From Candidatus Magasanikiibacteriota bacterium (GTDB lineage Bacteria; Patescibacteriota; Patescibacteriia; Magasanikbacterales; GWA2-37-8), in the NCBI GenBank assembly GCA_963802255.1, contig CAWDHY010000002.1:4867-68866 (forward strand): 64,000 nt of DNA, given 5' to 3'. The notes under the pieces were generated by a model. It had not been told where the DNA came from. It saw only the letters and a program-made list of their open reading frames with translations, and searched no databases. Each line of letters starts with the position of its first letter. Within the stretch, counting starts at the first letter, position 1. The position numbers were made by a program, and so were the translations under genes. Below, piece by piece: positions 45,086 through 55,574 of this stretch.

Positions 45086-45117
45086 CAAAAAAACCGCCCA
45101 AAAGGGCGGCTTTTTTA
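45086..45117. terminator. Bidirectional hairpin terminator downstream of secF
   Basis: aaaaaaaCCGCCC-AAAA-GGGCGGctttttt. Confidence 0.6.
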
Positions 45118-45123
45118 AGAAAA

Positions 45124-46038
45124 TTAAGCTTTCTTTCTCTGCCAGCGTTCGACATAAACCAATAACGGAGAAGCGATAAAAATGGATGAATATGCTCCGG
45201 AAGTAATACCTACAAGTAAAGCCAGGGTAAAATTGTGAATAGTGACCCCACCAAAGAAAAATAAGGCTAATAGAGGAATAAGAGTGGTTAACGTCGTATT
45301 TATAGAACGCATTATCGTCTGATTCAAACCGACATTTACCATATCCTCAAACGATTCGGATGTTCGGCGTAACAATCTTTCACGGATTCTGTCATAAACA
45401 ACGATACAGTCATTTACCGAGTAGCCCAATATCGTTAAAACAGCAACAATAAAGGCGACATCGATTTCTGTGCCATAATAATGACCGAGAAGTGAAAATA
45501 AACCGATTACGATCAAAATATCATGTGCCATGGCAATCACACATAAAGCCCCGTATTTCCAGCTTGCCACAGGACGCGATACGCCCCGGAAAGCATAAGC
45601 AATGTACGCAATAATACCAATACACACTAAAATGAAGGCCCAAACTGAACGCTGACGCAATTGCTGGCTGACTGATGGCCCGATCATTTCAAAACGTGAC
45701 TCTAATATTGTATTTTCTTCGCTCTCAAATTCACTCTTTATCACACTAAATGTTTTTTGATGGGATTCTTCTGTCATAGTGGCGGTACGAATAATAACAC
45801 CACTATCCCCTGTTTTCTGGATAATAACATTTTTTATGTCTGATTTTTCCAGCACTGAGACAATCTGATTATTTTCAGGCCGGACCTTGGAAAACTCAAG
45901 TTCCATCAATGAACCGCCGGTAAAATCAATACCGAATTTTAAACCCCATACGGCTATGACGGCAATACTTAATGCCGCTAAAGCAGCGCTGAAAAAAAGC
46001 CAAATTTTTGAATACTTAATAAACGGTATATATTTCAT
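45124..46038 (-). CDS. secF: Protein translocase subunit SecF
   Basis: 304 aa; six TM helices with a periplasmic domain; immediately downstream of secD. Confidence 0.85.
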   Translation of the reverse strand: MKYIPFIKYSKIWLFFSAALAALSIAVIAVWGLKFGIDFTGGSLMELEFSKVRPENNQIVSVLEKSDIKNVIIQKTGDSGVIIRTATMTEESHQKTFSVIKSEFESEENTILESRFEMIGPSVSQQLRQRSVWAFILVCIGIIAYIAYAFRGVSRPVASWKYGALCVIAMAHDILIVIGLFSLLGHYYGTEIDVAFIVAVLTILGYSVNDCIVVYDRIRERLLRRTSESFEDMVNVGLNQTIMRSINTTLTTLIPLLALFFFGGVTIHNFTLALLVGITSGAYSSIFIASPLLVYVERWQRKKA

Positions 46039-46047
46039 ATGAAAATA

Positions 46048-48111
46048 TTACAATTTTTTTACTTCTTCCGACTTAACACCGCCCAAAAATAACCAGTTGG
46101 CTTCATCGTGCTTAAAGAATCCAAAAATCCAGCGCATTATATTTCGTGTAATAATTATTGCCGTAAACATTGATACAACAACGCCGATAAACAGAGTTAC
46201 GGCAAAACCCTGAACAAATCCGGTACCGATCCAAATGAGAAATACGCAGGATAAAAGCGTAGTAATGTTTGAATCGCGAATTGATGTCCATGCGCGTAAA
46301 AAAGCTTCCTCGGTCGCTGACCGTAAACTTTTTCCCGCCCGCAATTCCTCTTTAAGACGCTCAAATACCAATACATTTGCGTCAACAGCCATGCCGATAG
46401 ATAATATGAAACCGGCAATACCTGAAAGAGTCAATGTCGCATTAATCGTCTTGAAAACGGCCAAAGTTAACGCACTGTAGATGGTTAAAGTAATAACTGA
46501 TAATAAACCGGGGAGACGATAATAGAGAATCATAAAAAGCATAACCAACAACAATCCGACCACACCAGCTTTATAACTTGATTTCATTGAATCGGCTCCT
46601 AAAGTTGCATCAACTTTTTGCTGTCCAATCAACTCAATCGGCACCGGCAATGCACCGGAATTTAAACGCTGGGCAAGCAATTTAGCTTCATCCCACTTGA
46701 AACCTCCGGAAATAACCGCACTTCCGTCAAGAATCGGCTCGTTTACGCGAGGAATACTGATTGCTTCACCGTCTAAAAATATAGCGACAAGCTTATCAAC
46801 ATTTCTCGTTGTGATATCGGAAAATAATTTTGCCCCTTCATCATTAAACTGAAGGTTAACCTGAACCTCGCCGTTGCGGGTATCTTGTGTCACTTCGGCC
46901 TTTTTCAGCTGCTTGCCGGTTAGGCCGGTAAATTTCCATTGATCATTTGGAGGTAAAATATCTGTAACACTTTTTGTTTTAACAAAAATTCTCGCCATTT
47001 CATATTCCTTGGGTGTCTCTTCTCCTCTTTTAAGTATCAGATGATAGCCGAATTTTGTTTCAACCGGTCCGATGATTTGATTTACCGGAGCATCATAAAC
47101 CGCCTGTTCAAACTCCGGCACAACGACACCCTTTCCAAAAGTGCCCAAGTCTCCTCCACTCTCACTTACGCCCGGTTCAGTAGAATTCTGCTGTGCCATT
47201 TCTGAAAAGTTATCAACAGTAACATCTTGTTTTAACGCTTCTATCTTTGCCTTGGCGTCTTCTTTGCTGAGTGTACTGCCGCAAAGTTCCGCTCCTTTAT
47301 AACAAATTAGTATATGCGCGGCGGTTACCTGTTTTTCACCATCACGGACGCTTAATCTTTTAACTACATTCAAACCATCCGGGGTTATGACAACTTCTTT
47401 GGAGACATCTCCATCATTATGTTTAGCCGCCCAATCATAAATTTCAGGATAAATACTGTTATTTATAAACCCAAGATTTCCACCATCCCGCTTGTTGCTT
47501 TCATCTTCACTATACTTAATGGCAGTGGCGGAAAAATCCGCTTTATTGTTAATCTCTTTTTGAACCTCTTTAATTTTTTTATCGGCTTTAGCGTTAAAAT
47601 CATTCATTTCTTTTGTTTCTTCAGCCGTTAATTCTCGCGGAGGTTCGTTGTTTTCTTCTTTAAATTCCAGTACCGGCGTTTCACCGATCATTTTAATCGC
47701 ATCTGTAACATTGGCTACGCCCGGAAGTTCTATGATTAATCTGTATTCCTCTCCTACTCTGGTCGTTTGCACCAATGGTTCGGCTACCCCAAGGCCACCT
47801 CGAACACGGCGTTCGATTACATCGCGCACACCTTCAACTGCCGCCGCTCTTTCTGTGGGCGGTATACTGTCAATTTTTGCGACATACTGCAAATGGGCTC
47901 CGCCTTGAAGGTCTAATCCTAAATTAAAGCCGCTGGCGGGTAAATTTGGTATCCCAAGGCTGACTTTTGAATTAACCCAGCCGATCGCTTTATTAAAATG
48001 TCCAGGCAAAATTATTATCAGACAAACAATAAAAAGTGCCATAATACCGGCCATCCTCCATTTTATCTGTGAGCGTGTCGCGGTTTTAACAACGTTCTTA
48101 GTTTTAGCCAT
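46048..48111 (-). CDS. secD: Protein translocase subunit SecD with a parvulin-type PPIase domain inserted in the periplasmic P1 head
   Basis: SecD TM1, conserved P1 base (LVAIFLDGEAISIPRV) and C-terminal six-TM core. Between them (aa ~250-365, nt ~47020-47345) lies AAHILICYKG...GGDLGTFGKGVVVPEFEQAVY...FGYHLILKRGE, a PpiC/parvulin rotamase signature. Confidence 0.85.
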   Translation of the reverse strand: MAKTKNVVKTATRSQIKWRMAGIMALFIVCLIIILPGHFNKAIGWVNSKVSLGIPNLPASGFNLGLDLQGGAHLQYVAKIDSIPPTERAAAVEGVRDVIERRVRGGLGVAEPLVQTTRVGEEYRLIIELPGVANVTDAIKMIGETPVLEFKEENNEPPRELTAEETKEMNDFNAKADKKIKEVQKEINNKADFSATAIKYSEDESNKRDGGNLGFINNSIYPEIYDWAAKHNDGDVSKEVVITPDGLNVVKRLSVRDGEKQVTAAHILICYKGAELCGSTLSKEDAKAKIEALKQDVTVDNFSEMAQQNSTEPGVSESGGDLGTFGKGVVVPEFEQAVYDAPVNQIIGPVETKFGYHLILKRGEETPKEYEMARIFVKTKSVTDILPPNDQWKFTGLTGKQLKKAEVTQDTRNGEVQVNLQFNDEGAKLFSDITTRNVDKLVAIFLDGEAISIPRVNEPILDGSAVISGGFKWDEAKLLAQRLNSGALPVPIELIGQQKVDATLGADSMKSSYKAGVVGLLLVMLFMILYYRLPGLLSVITLTIYSALTLAVFKTINATLTLSGIAGFILSIGMAVDANVLVFERLKEELRAGKSLRSATEEAFLRAWTSIRDSNITTLLSCVFLIWIGTGFVQGFAVTLFIGVVVSMFTAIIITRNIMRWIFGFFKHDEANWLFLGGVKSEEVKKL

Positions 48112-48190
48112 ATTTTAGATAAAAAAATAGATTGATTTGTGCAAAAATATTACTAAATATAAGGAAAAAAGGCAAGTGGACAGATTGTGC

Positions 48191-50956
48191 CTACTTTCCG
48201 TGGCAATTCTTAAATTTAACCGGCCGTCCGTCAGGATGTTTCGCGCCACAAGGACAAGGATCGTTTCTTCCAACTTCATTACCCTCTTTATCTCGCGGCT
48301 TTCCGCTTGAAACCACATCACCCGCCTCTTTGGCCGCTCCTTGTAATATCAAGTTACCTTTCTGCATAATACTCGGGGCGAACTTGATGCCGATACCCAT
48401 TTTATAAATTGAGTACACAACTTCTTTCTGAATAAGAGAGAGAAGTTCGTTAAACATGTGATAGGTCTCCTTTTTATATTCCACAAGCGGATCACGCTGT
48501 CCGTAGCCACGCAGTCCAATACCGGTCCGTAAATAATCAATTGCTACGAGATGATCTATCCAGAGGTTATCAATTGATCTTAATAGCATCTGCTTTTCAA
48601 TCTCTAAAAGCAAAATCGGATCACTCGCCTGTTTAACCAGCATTTCATCATATCTATTTTTTGCAAGCACTGTCAGATATTCAATAATTTTTGTGCGAGT
48701 TTCCACAGCGGCTAATTTTTCCTTACCCTCTCCGCCCAACTGCGATATTTCCTTTTTTTCCGTATCGGAAAGAGGAAACACGGTTTGCATGGTCTCTGTA
48801 ATTTCCTTTAAATTCCAATTGTCCATTTCTTCAGCATTGGTATGAAAAGATACCACTGCTTCAATTTCTTCTTCCACCATTTCCAAAATCATTTGTCTCA
48901 GTGTCTGCTCGCCTTCGACCAATGAATTTGTTTTCTCTTTTTCATAATGTTCCAAAATTTTGCGTCGCTTGCCGTAAACCACTTCACGATGCTTATTTAA
49001 CACATCATCATATTCAATCAAGTGTTTACGCATGTCAAAGTGAAATCCTTCAACCTTACGTTGAGCCGATTCAATAATTTTAGTGATTGATTTTTGTTCA
49101 ATCGGCATATCGTCAGGAACTCTCAATGTCTGCATTACGGCGCGGATTCTATCGCCGGCAAAAATACGCATTAAGTCGTCTTCCGTGGAAAGATAAAATT
49201 GAGATTCTCCCGAATCTCCCTGTCGGGCGGCGCGCCCTCTCAGCTGATTGTCAATCCGGCGTGATTCATGACGCTCAGAACCGATCACAAAAAGACCGCC
49301 TGCTTCACGTGCTTTTGCACCAAGCTCTTTGTCCGGCGGATTTCCACCCATAATAATGTCGACACCGCGGCCGGCCATGTTTGTTGCAAGTGTCACAGCG
49401 CCAGGACGGCCGGCTTGAGCGATGATTTCACCTTCACGCTCATGATTCTTCGCATTCAAAATTTCATGTTGAACGCCTTCACGCTCCAGATATATTGACA
49501 ATTGCTCGTTTTTTTCCACTGAAATGGTACCAATCAACACAGGCTGGCCTTTTGCCTGCAACTCTTTGCATTTATTGGCAATAGCCAAATTTTTTATCTC
49601 CTCAGTCCGATAGATCCTATCCGGATGGTCTTTTCTAAGATTTTTTTTGTTTGTGGGAATAACTACCACTTCCAATTTGTAAATTTTCCCGAATTCTTCG
49701 GCTTCAGTCACAGCCGTACCGGTCATACCGGATAATTTTTCATACATCCGGAAATAATTCTGAAAAGTTACGGTAGCCATGGTTCTGCTCTCACGCTGAA
49801 TTTTGACCCGCTCTTTGGCCTCAATCGCCTGATGTAAGCCCTCGCTATATCGGCGTCCGGCCATTTTACGACCGGTAAATTCGTCCACTATCACTACTTC
49901 GCCTTCTTCCACCACATAATCGCGGTCACGCTTAAAAAGCGCCATGGCACGCAGAGCCTGTTCTACATGATGGACAATACTGATATCACCTTCGGCGTAA
50001 ATATTGTTCACACCAAGCCATTTTTCCATTTTTTGGATACCTGCCTCCGTCAAGGTTGAGGAACGCATTTTTTCATCAATATTATAATCAACATTTTCTT
50101 CCAGCCGTTCAACTAGTTCAGCAAATTTGTAATACATATCTGCCGCTTCTTCAGCAGGAGCGGATATAATAAGCGGTGTGCGGGCTTCGTCAATTAATAT
50201 TGAGTCAACTTCATCGACAATGGCAAAACTCAATTTTCGTTGAACCATATCTTCAAGAGATTGCACCATGTTATCGCGCAAATAATCAAAACCGTATTCA
50301 TTGTTTGTGCCGTAAATAATGTCGCACTGATAGGCCTCGGCGCGAGAACATGGTTCCAAATAGTCGTATTCAATTTTGAACATGCCTTTTGCGTCACGCT
50401 CTTTATCGGTAATGCTTCCCTCATCAAGATTTTCGTCAGGAACCGCGGCGCGCACTTGTGAATTGTATTTATAGGACACTCCCATCTGCTGAATCACGCC
50501 GATTGAAAGACCGAGCGCATCATAAATTTGGCCCATCCAAACAGCATCTCGTTTTGCCAGGTAATCATTGACGGTCACCAAATGCACTCCTTTTCCGGCT
50601 AGCGCGTTTAAATACACAGGCAAAGTTGCTACCAATGTTTTTCCTTCACCGGTTCTCATTTCCGCAATCTGTCCTCTATGAAGAACGACGCCGCCAATAA
50701 GCTGTACGTCAAAATGGCGCATGCCGGTCAAACGCCTGGACATTTCCCTTACAACCGCGAAGGCCTCCGGTAAAATGTCATCGAGCGTTTCCCCTCTTGT
50801 AAGACGCTCTTTAAATTCAATCGTTTTATTTTTGAGATCTGCTACTGATAATTCCTGAATTTCCAGCTCTTTTGAGTTAATCTGTGCGATAATCGGTTCA
50901 ATGCTTTTTAGTACTTTAGCGTTCGGATCCCCAAAAATTTTAGTGAGAAATGACAT
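48191..50956 (-). CDS. secA: Preprotein translocase ATPase SecA
   Basis: 921 aa; DEAD-like motor motifs; C-terminal zinc-binding CPCGAKHPDGRPVKFKNCHGK. Confidence 0.95.
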   Translation of the reverse strand: MSFLTKIFGDPNAKVLKSIEPIIAQINSKELEIQELSVADLKNKTIEFKERLTRGETLDDILPEAFAVVREMSRRLTGMRHFDVQLIGGVVLHRGQIAEMRTGEGKTLVATLPVYLNALAGKGVHLVTVNDYLAKRDAVWMGQIYDALGLSIGVIQQMGVSYKYNSQVRAAVPDENLDEGSITDKERDAKGMFKIEYDYLEPCSRAEAYQCDIIYGTNNEYGFDYLRDNMVQSLEDMVQRKLSFAIVDEVDSILIDEARTPLIISAPAEEAADMYYKFAELVERLEENVDYNIDEKMRSSTLTEAGIQKMEKWLGVNNIYAEGDISIVHHVEQALRAMALFKRDRDYVVEEGEVVIVDEFTGRKMAGRRYSEGLHQAIEAKERVKIQRESRTMATVTFQNYFRMYEKLSGMTGTAVTEAEEFGKIYKLEVVVIPTNKKNLRKDHPDRIYRTEEIKNLAIANKCKELQAKGQPVLIGTISVEKNEQLSIYLEREGVQHEILNAKNHEREGEIIAQAGRPGAVTLATNMAGRGVDIIMGGNPPDKELGAKAREAGGLFVIGSERHESRRIDNQLRGRAARQGDSGESQFYLSTEDDLMRIFAGDRIRAVMQTLRVPDDMPIEQKSITKIIESAQRKVEGFHFDMRKHLIEYDDVLNKHREVVYGKRRKILEHYEKEKTNSLVEGEQTLRQMILEMVEEEIEAVVSFHTNAEEMDNWNLKEITETMQTVFPLSDTEKKEISQLGGEGKEKLAAVETRTKIIEYLTVLAKNRYDEMLVKQASDPILLLEIEKQMLLRSIDNLWIDHLVAIDYLRTGIGLRGYGQRDPLVEYKKETYHMFNELLSLIQKEVVYSIYKMGIGIKFAPSIMQKGNLILQGAAKEAGDVVSSGKPRDKEGNEVGRNDPCPCGAKHPDGRPVKFKNCHGK

Positions 50957-51030
50957 GTTATTTGAATATGAAAATTAAGCCCAAAAATGGGCTTAATTAT
51001 TCTAACATAAGCGAAAATAAATGGCAAGAA

Positions 51031-53070
51031 TCAGCGTTTAACCATAATTCTGACATCCACAATATCAGCGCCGTCCGGCCTGGCCATAACAGGGTTAAAA
51101 TCAATTTCCATTATATTTCTATGTTTCTCCGCTATTTTTGATATTGCCACGATAATCTTTGCCAGATAGCGCGTGTCAACCGGCTGTTCACCCCGCACCC
51201 CTTGTAAAATCGCATTGGCCTTTATTTCACTAATCATGGCCAACGCGTCAACCTCATTTACCGGTGAAATACGCATTGAAGCGTCTTTTAGCGTTTCCAC
51301 GAAAATACCGCCTAAGCCAAAAACAATTACCGGACCAAATGACGGATCACGCTTCATTCCAATAATCACTTCCCTGCCCGACGACATCGGCTGAATAATA
51401 AAACCGTCAATTTTAACTCCGGGCATTTTTTTTGTAACAGCAGACGAAATTTCCAGCCAGGCCTTTTCCGATTCAGCCAGACTATTTATATTAACTCGCA
51501 CCCCGCCTAAATCTGATTTATGTATGATCTGTTCTGAAACCACCTTCATCGCCCAAGGAAATCTGATTTTATCCGAGCATCTTCGGAGATTTTCTTTTTT
51601 GGTCACAAAATCACCTGATATTTTTAGACCCTGCTGATAAAGGATGGCGGCACATTCATTAAAACGCAGCTGACGCGTCGATGGGGCCGCAAATGTTGAA
51701 ATATTTTCATTTATATTTATTTTCTTTTTAACTGCTGTTGCTAATAGAGAAACTGCTTCAACCGCGGCATGAGGATCAATAAAATTAATTAAACCATGTT
51801 TTGCAAATATTTTTTCAGCTTCATCAGCTGACGCCCCGCCGATAAAAATCGGAATAATTGGAATTTTTTTGGCGTATTTTGCCACTACAGCCGCGGTTTC
51901 TTTAACTTGTGTCATTTTTTGCGGAGTTAGAATAACCATTATTCCTTTAACATTTTTATCGGCTGATAAAATTTTCAAGGCCGCTTCGTAACGGTCAGCT
52001 AACGCATCTCCAATTATATCCACGGGGTTATTCAGCGCCGCCGTAACCGGTAATACTTTACTTAATTTATTTTTTAGAGAGTCGTTCGGAGAATATAAGC
52101 CTAAATTTGAGGTAGCTTCAATTAAATCAGCGGTAACAATTGACGGCCCGCCGCCATTTGTCAGCACTACCCATTCATTGGGGGCCCGGAACAAACCGGT
52201 ATTTAACAACTTTGCTAAATTAAACATGGATCCCAGCGAATCCACAAGGATAGCACCGCTCTGACGGCAAGCAGTTCGAAAAATTTCATGAGATGGAGCC
52301 AGCGAACCGGTATGAGACGATACTGCTTTTACGCCCCTTTCGGATAAACCGGCTTTTAAAATTATAACGGGTTTTTTCGAGGAAATTCTTTTTACCTGTC
52401 GCATAAATTTTTTCCCATCTGTAATGCCTTCCAGATACATAAGAATTGCCGAAGTATCCCGGTCCTTGCTAAGATATGCCAAAAAATCATTCTCTGTCAC
52501 GCCGGCTTCATTACCAATGGAAACAAATTTTGAAAATCCGACATTATTTTTCATTGCCCAATCAAGCATGGCCGTACCAACCGCTCCCGATTGGGAAACA
52601 AAAGCCATATCGCCTTTTTTGGGCATCGTCTCACTGCCAAAAGTGGCATTCAAATTACTTGCCGTGTCTAATACTCCAAGACAATTTGGACCGACGATAT
52701 TAATTTTATACTTTTTTGCGATGACCTTCAGTTCTTTTTCCCGTTCCACGCCCACCCCGCCAATTTCCTTAAAACCCGCCGTAATAATAATAACATTAAA
52801 AATTTTTTTCTCACCGCAATCTTTTAATACTAAAGGTACAATTTCCGGTTTGACCGCTATGATGGCGAGATCAATTTTGCCTTTAACCTTTAAAACCGAA
52901 GAAAAACAATGAAGACCCATGACTTTCTTGAAAGACGGGTTTACCGGTATGACTTTCCGTTTTTTATTCTGAAGTAAATTGTTTACAATCGCGTATCCGA
53001 GTTTTTTAGGATCATCGGCCGCGCCGATTACCGCTACCGCCCTCGGATTAAAAAGATATTTTAAATTCAT
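51031..53070 (-). CDS. Acetyl-CoA synthetase (ADP-forming), fused alpha-beta (acetate--CoA ligase family)
   Basis: N-terminal CoA-binding (AVAVIGAADDPKKLGY), succinyl-CoA-synthetase-like and ATP-grasp regions; 679 aa. Confidence 0.8.
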   Translation of the reverse strand: MNLKYLFNPRAVAVIGAADDPKKLGYAIVNNLLQNKKRKVIPVNPSFKKVMGLHCFSSVLKVKGKIDLAIIAVKPEIVPLVLKDCGEKKIFNVIIITAGFKEIGGVGVEREKELKVIAKKYKINIVGPNCLGVLDTASNLNATFGSETMPKKGDMAFVSQSGAVGTAMLDWAMKNNVGFSKFVSIGNEAGVTENDFLAYLSKDRDTSAILMYLEGITDGKKFMRQVKRISSKKPVIILKAGLSERGVKAVSSHTGSLAPSHEIFRTACRQSGAILVDSLGSMFNLAKLLNTGLFRAPNEWVVLTNGGGPSIVTADLIEATSNLGLYSPNDSLKNKLSKVLPVTAALNNPVDIIGDALADRYEAALKILSADKNVKGIMVILTPQKMTQVKETAAVVAKYAKKIPIIPIFIGGASADEAEKIFAKHGLINFIDPHAAVEAVSLLATAVKKKININENISTFAAPSTRQLRFNECAAILYQQGLKISGDFVTKKENLRRCSDKIRFPWAMKVVSEQIIHKSDLGGVRVNINSLAESEKAWLEISSAVTKKMPGVKIDGFIIQPMSSGREVIIGMKRDPSFGPVIVFGLGGIFVETLKDASMRISPVNEVDALAMISEIKANAILQGVRGEQPVDTRYLAKIIVAISKIAEKHRNIMEIDFNPVMARPDGADIVDVRIMVKR

Positions 53071-53837
53071 ATTTGTTCTTCAAATACCGGTTTATCGGTT
53101 TCATAAATTACACCAAGCGGAATCTTCCCGGAATTTTCGCGAATTTTTTGCATTGCTTTGTTCCAATCATTTGTCGGCCAATTCTGGTCAAGATAAAAAA
53201 CTTTGTCTTTAAAATCTGCCCTGGTGTCGCTGAAAGTAATACAGGGCTGAATAATATCCACGATAGAAAAACCTTTGTGTTTTATTGCGCGCTTCATTAT
53301 CCCCCCTAGCTTATCAGTGTCCAGTGCCCATGCGCGCGCAATAAATGTTGCGCCAGAAGCGAGCATTATCGCAAGCGGATTAAGAGGTTCTTCATGACTG
53401 CCGAACGGAGTGGAACGGCCTCGGTATCCCTTGGGGCTGGTTGGGGTAACTTGCCCAGTGGTCAAACCAAAAACTTGATTATTATGTACAAATAAAGTGA
53501 CATTGGTATTTCGCTTTGCCGCGTGCACCAGATGTTCCATTCCTTCTGCATAGGCATCACCATCTCCGGCAAAAGAAATTACTGTTAAATTGGGGTTGCC
53601 TGCTTTAATACCTTCGGCTGAAGCAACATCGCGGCCATGCAAAGACATAAAACTGTTAATATTTACGAAGTCGGGAATTTTCCCATGGCAGCCAATGCCT
53701 GCAACCATGACAAAATTATCTTTTGAATAGCCTTCTATCACTAAATCGTTTAGCGCATTTTTAAAGGCGGCTAAAATAGAAAAATTAGTGCAACCGGGAC
53801 ACCATGTATTTTTTGCTTTTGTGGAAAAATCTATCAT
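53067..53837 (-). CDS. 2-oxoacid:ferredoxin oxidoreductase, beta (TPP-binding) subunit
   Basis: TPP-binding GDGD...N motif region ([43 protein letters not shown]). Overlaps the downstream ACD gene by 4 nt. Confidence 0.8.
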   Translation of the reverse strand: [256 protein letters not shown]

Positions 53838-53875
53838 ATTTAACCTAATATTAAAAATTTAATTAACAGGAAGAA

Positions 53876-55564
53876 TTAAAATATCTGGTCAAATTTCTTT
53901 GCTAATTCCACGGGTTCAAAAGGCAAGGAATCATATTTTAATATCCGGTTCTTTATTTCCACTCCGGTTTTCTCCCGGATAAGCTTAGCCAGCTGGCCGG
54001 TAAAATTATTTTCCGCAATTATCATTTTTTTCATACCTTTAATTTCTTTCAAAAAAAGATCTGTGTCAAAGGGTTCCAACCAGACAATCTGAACTGCCTT
54101 AAACGGCCGTTTGACCGCACACATCGATTCAAGGACCGGTCCTTTAACCGAACCCCAAAATATTACGGCGTTCTTCGCCTTCCTATCGCCATAAATTTTT
54201 ATTGAATCATATTTTTTTCTTTCCGCAATGATACCTTTCATTTTAGCAAACCGCTTCTCACACATTTTTTTTGCATTTTTTACGTCATCACAAATATATC
54301 CGTCTTCATCATGCTCATAGCTGGAGATTTTTATAACTTTGTCTTTTTCTCCCGGAAATGCCAACGCCGACACGCCATCAGGCACGAATGCATAACGGCG
54401 ATAAACAGAGCTACCAGTTGTTTTCTTTACGCTTTCAATTTTAATTTTGTTTAACGGTAAATCAACTGTAGAAACACTCTCGGATAGATGTTTGTCAAGC
54501 AATACCACCGCGGGCGATTGATATTTCCACGCCAAATTCATTGCCGTTCCGGCAATAAGACACGCCTCTTCCGCGTCGCCCGGAGCCAGAACAATTTTGG
54601 GATATTCACCGGGAATATTGCGGGAAAAATCAAGATCATTTTGTCCGGTACGGGTAGGCACGCCCGTTGAAGTGGAAGCGCGTTGTGCATTGGCAACAAC
54701 GATTGGAATTTCAGCTACTCCGGCAAAGGCCATAGCTTCAAGCATGAGGGCAAAACCGCCGCCAGTAGACGCTACAGCCGTCCGGTTGCCGGCGTATGAC
54801 GCGCCGAGCGCCATGTTTATCACACTAATTTCATTCTCCGGTTGTATTACTTTCAGTTTATATTCGCCGGCTTTCTTTGCAAGATAATGCAAGATGGAAG
54901 AAGAAGGCGTCATGGGGTAAGCAAAATAATTTTTCAGACCCGCTTTCACCAAACCTTCAGAAAAAGCTTCATTTCCATCACACACTTTCTTCTCAGCTGA
55001 TTTAAGGCGAGGCAGTGCAACTTGGGGAATATTTTTACTGCGTAAAAAATCATATCCTTTTTTTGCAAGCAAAATATTAGGATCTGCTTTTTCGCCAAAA
55101 ATTTCCTTAAAAATTTTATTTAACTGACTAATGTCAAAATTAAAATATTGGCAAACGGCTCCGAGTAAAGCGCTGGCCCGAAAAAGGCGCGAAAGACCTT
55201 CCTCTTTTACCCAAATGCTCGCCGGAATATTAATTACTCCTTTTCTCCCTGATTGCCCGTCGCCGTCAAAAAAAATCAGACCACCGCTTAATACTTCAGA
55301 AAAATGCTTTTCAACCGTCTCCTCATTGAGAGCCAAAACAACATTAATTTCTGACGAATCACTGTGTACTTTTTCATCTGAAATGCTTACCCGCGCAAAA
55401 TTATGCCCGCCCCTGATAAGCGAGGGATACTCTACCGTTAAAAAAAAGTTATAGCCATGTTTCGCCGCCAACCGGCCAAAGTTAATTGCAGCCTCCTTCG
55501 CGCCATCTCCAGCCGCTCCCCCAGCCAACAAAGTATATATCATTTTTTTCTTCTCTTTTGGCAT
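53876..55564 (-). CDS. 2-oxoacid:ferredoxin oxidoreductase, fused gamma/alpha subunit
   Basis: N-terminal gamma-like domain (LLAGGAAGDGAKEAA) followed by an alpha/pyrimidine-binding domain (YPMTPSS); 562 aa. No delta (ferredoxin) subunit seen. Confidence 0.8.
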   Translation of the reverse strand: MPKEKKKMIYTLLAGGAAGDGAKEAAINFGRLAAKHGYNFFLTVEYPSLIRGGHNFARVSISDEKVHSDSSEINVVLALNEETVEKHFSEVLSGGLIFFDGDGQSGRKGVINIPASIWVKEEGLSRLFRASALLGAVCQYFNFDISQLNKIFKEIFGEKADPNILLAKKGYDFLRSKNIPQVALPRLKSAEKKVCDGNEAFSEGLVKAGLKNYFAYPMTPSSSILHYLAKKAGEYKLKVIQPENEISVINMALGASYAGNRTAVASTGGGFALMLEAMAFAGVAEIPIVVANAQRASTSTGVPTRTGQNDLDFSRNIPGEYPKIVLAPGDAEEACLIAGTAMNLAWKYQSPAVVLLDKHLSESVSTVDLPLNKIKIESVKKTTGSSVYRRYAFVPDGVSALAFPGEKDKVIKISSYEHDEDGYICDDVKNAKKMCEKRFAKMKGIIAERKKYDSIKIYGDRKAKNAVIFWGSVKGPVLESMCAVKRPFKAVQIVWLEPFDTDLFLKEIKGMKKMIIAENNFTGQLAKLIREKTGVEIKNRILKYDSLPFEPVELAKKFDQIF

Positions 55565-55574
55565 AAAATATCAA

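Noticed and set aside
52424-52912. 162-aa plus-strand ORF inside the ACD gene
   Set aside because: Antisense to a well-supported conserved enzyme gene. Shadow ORF.
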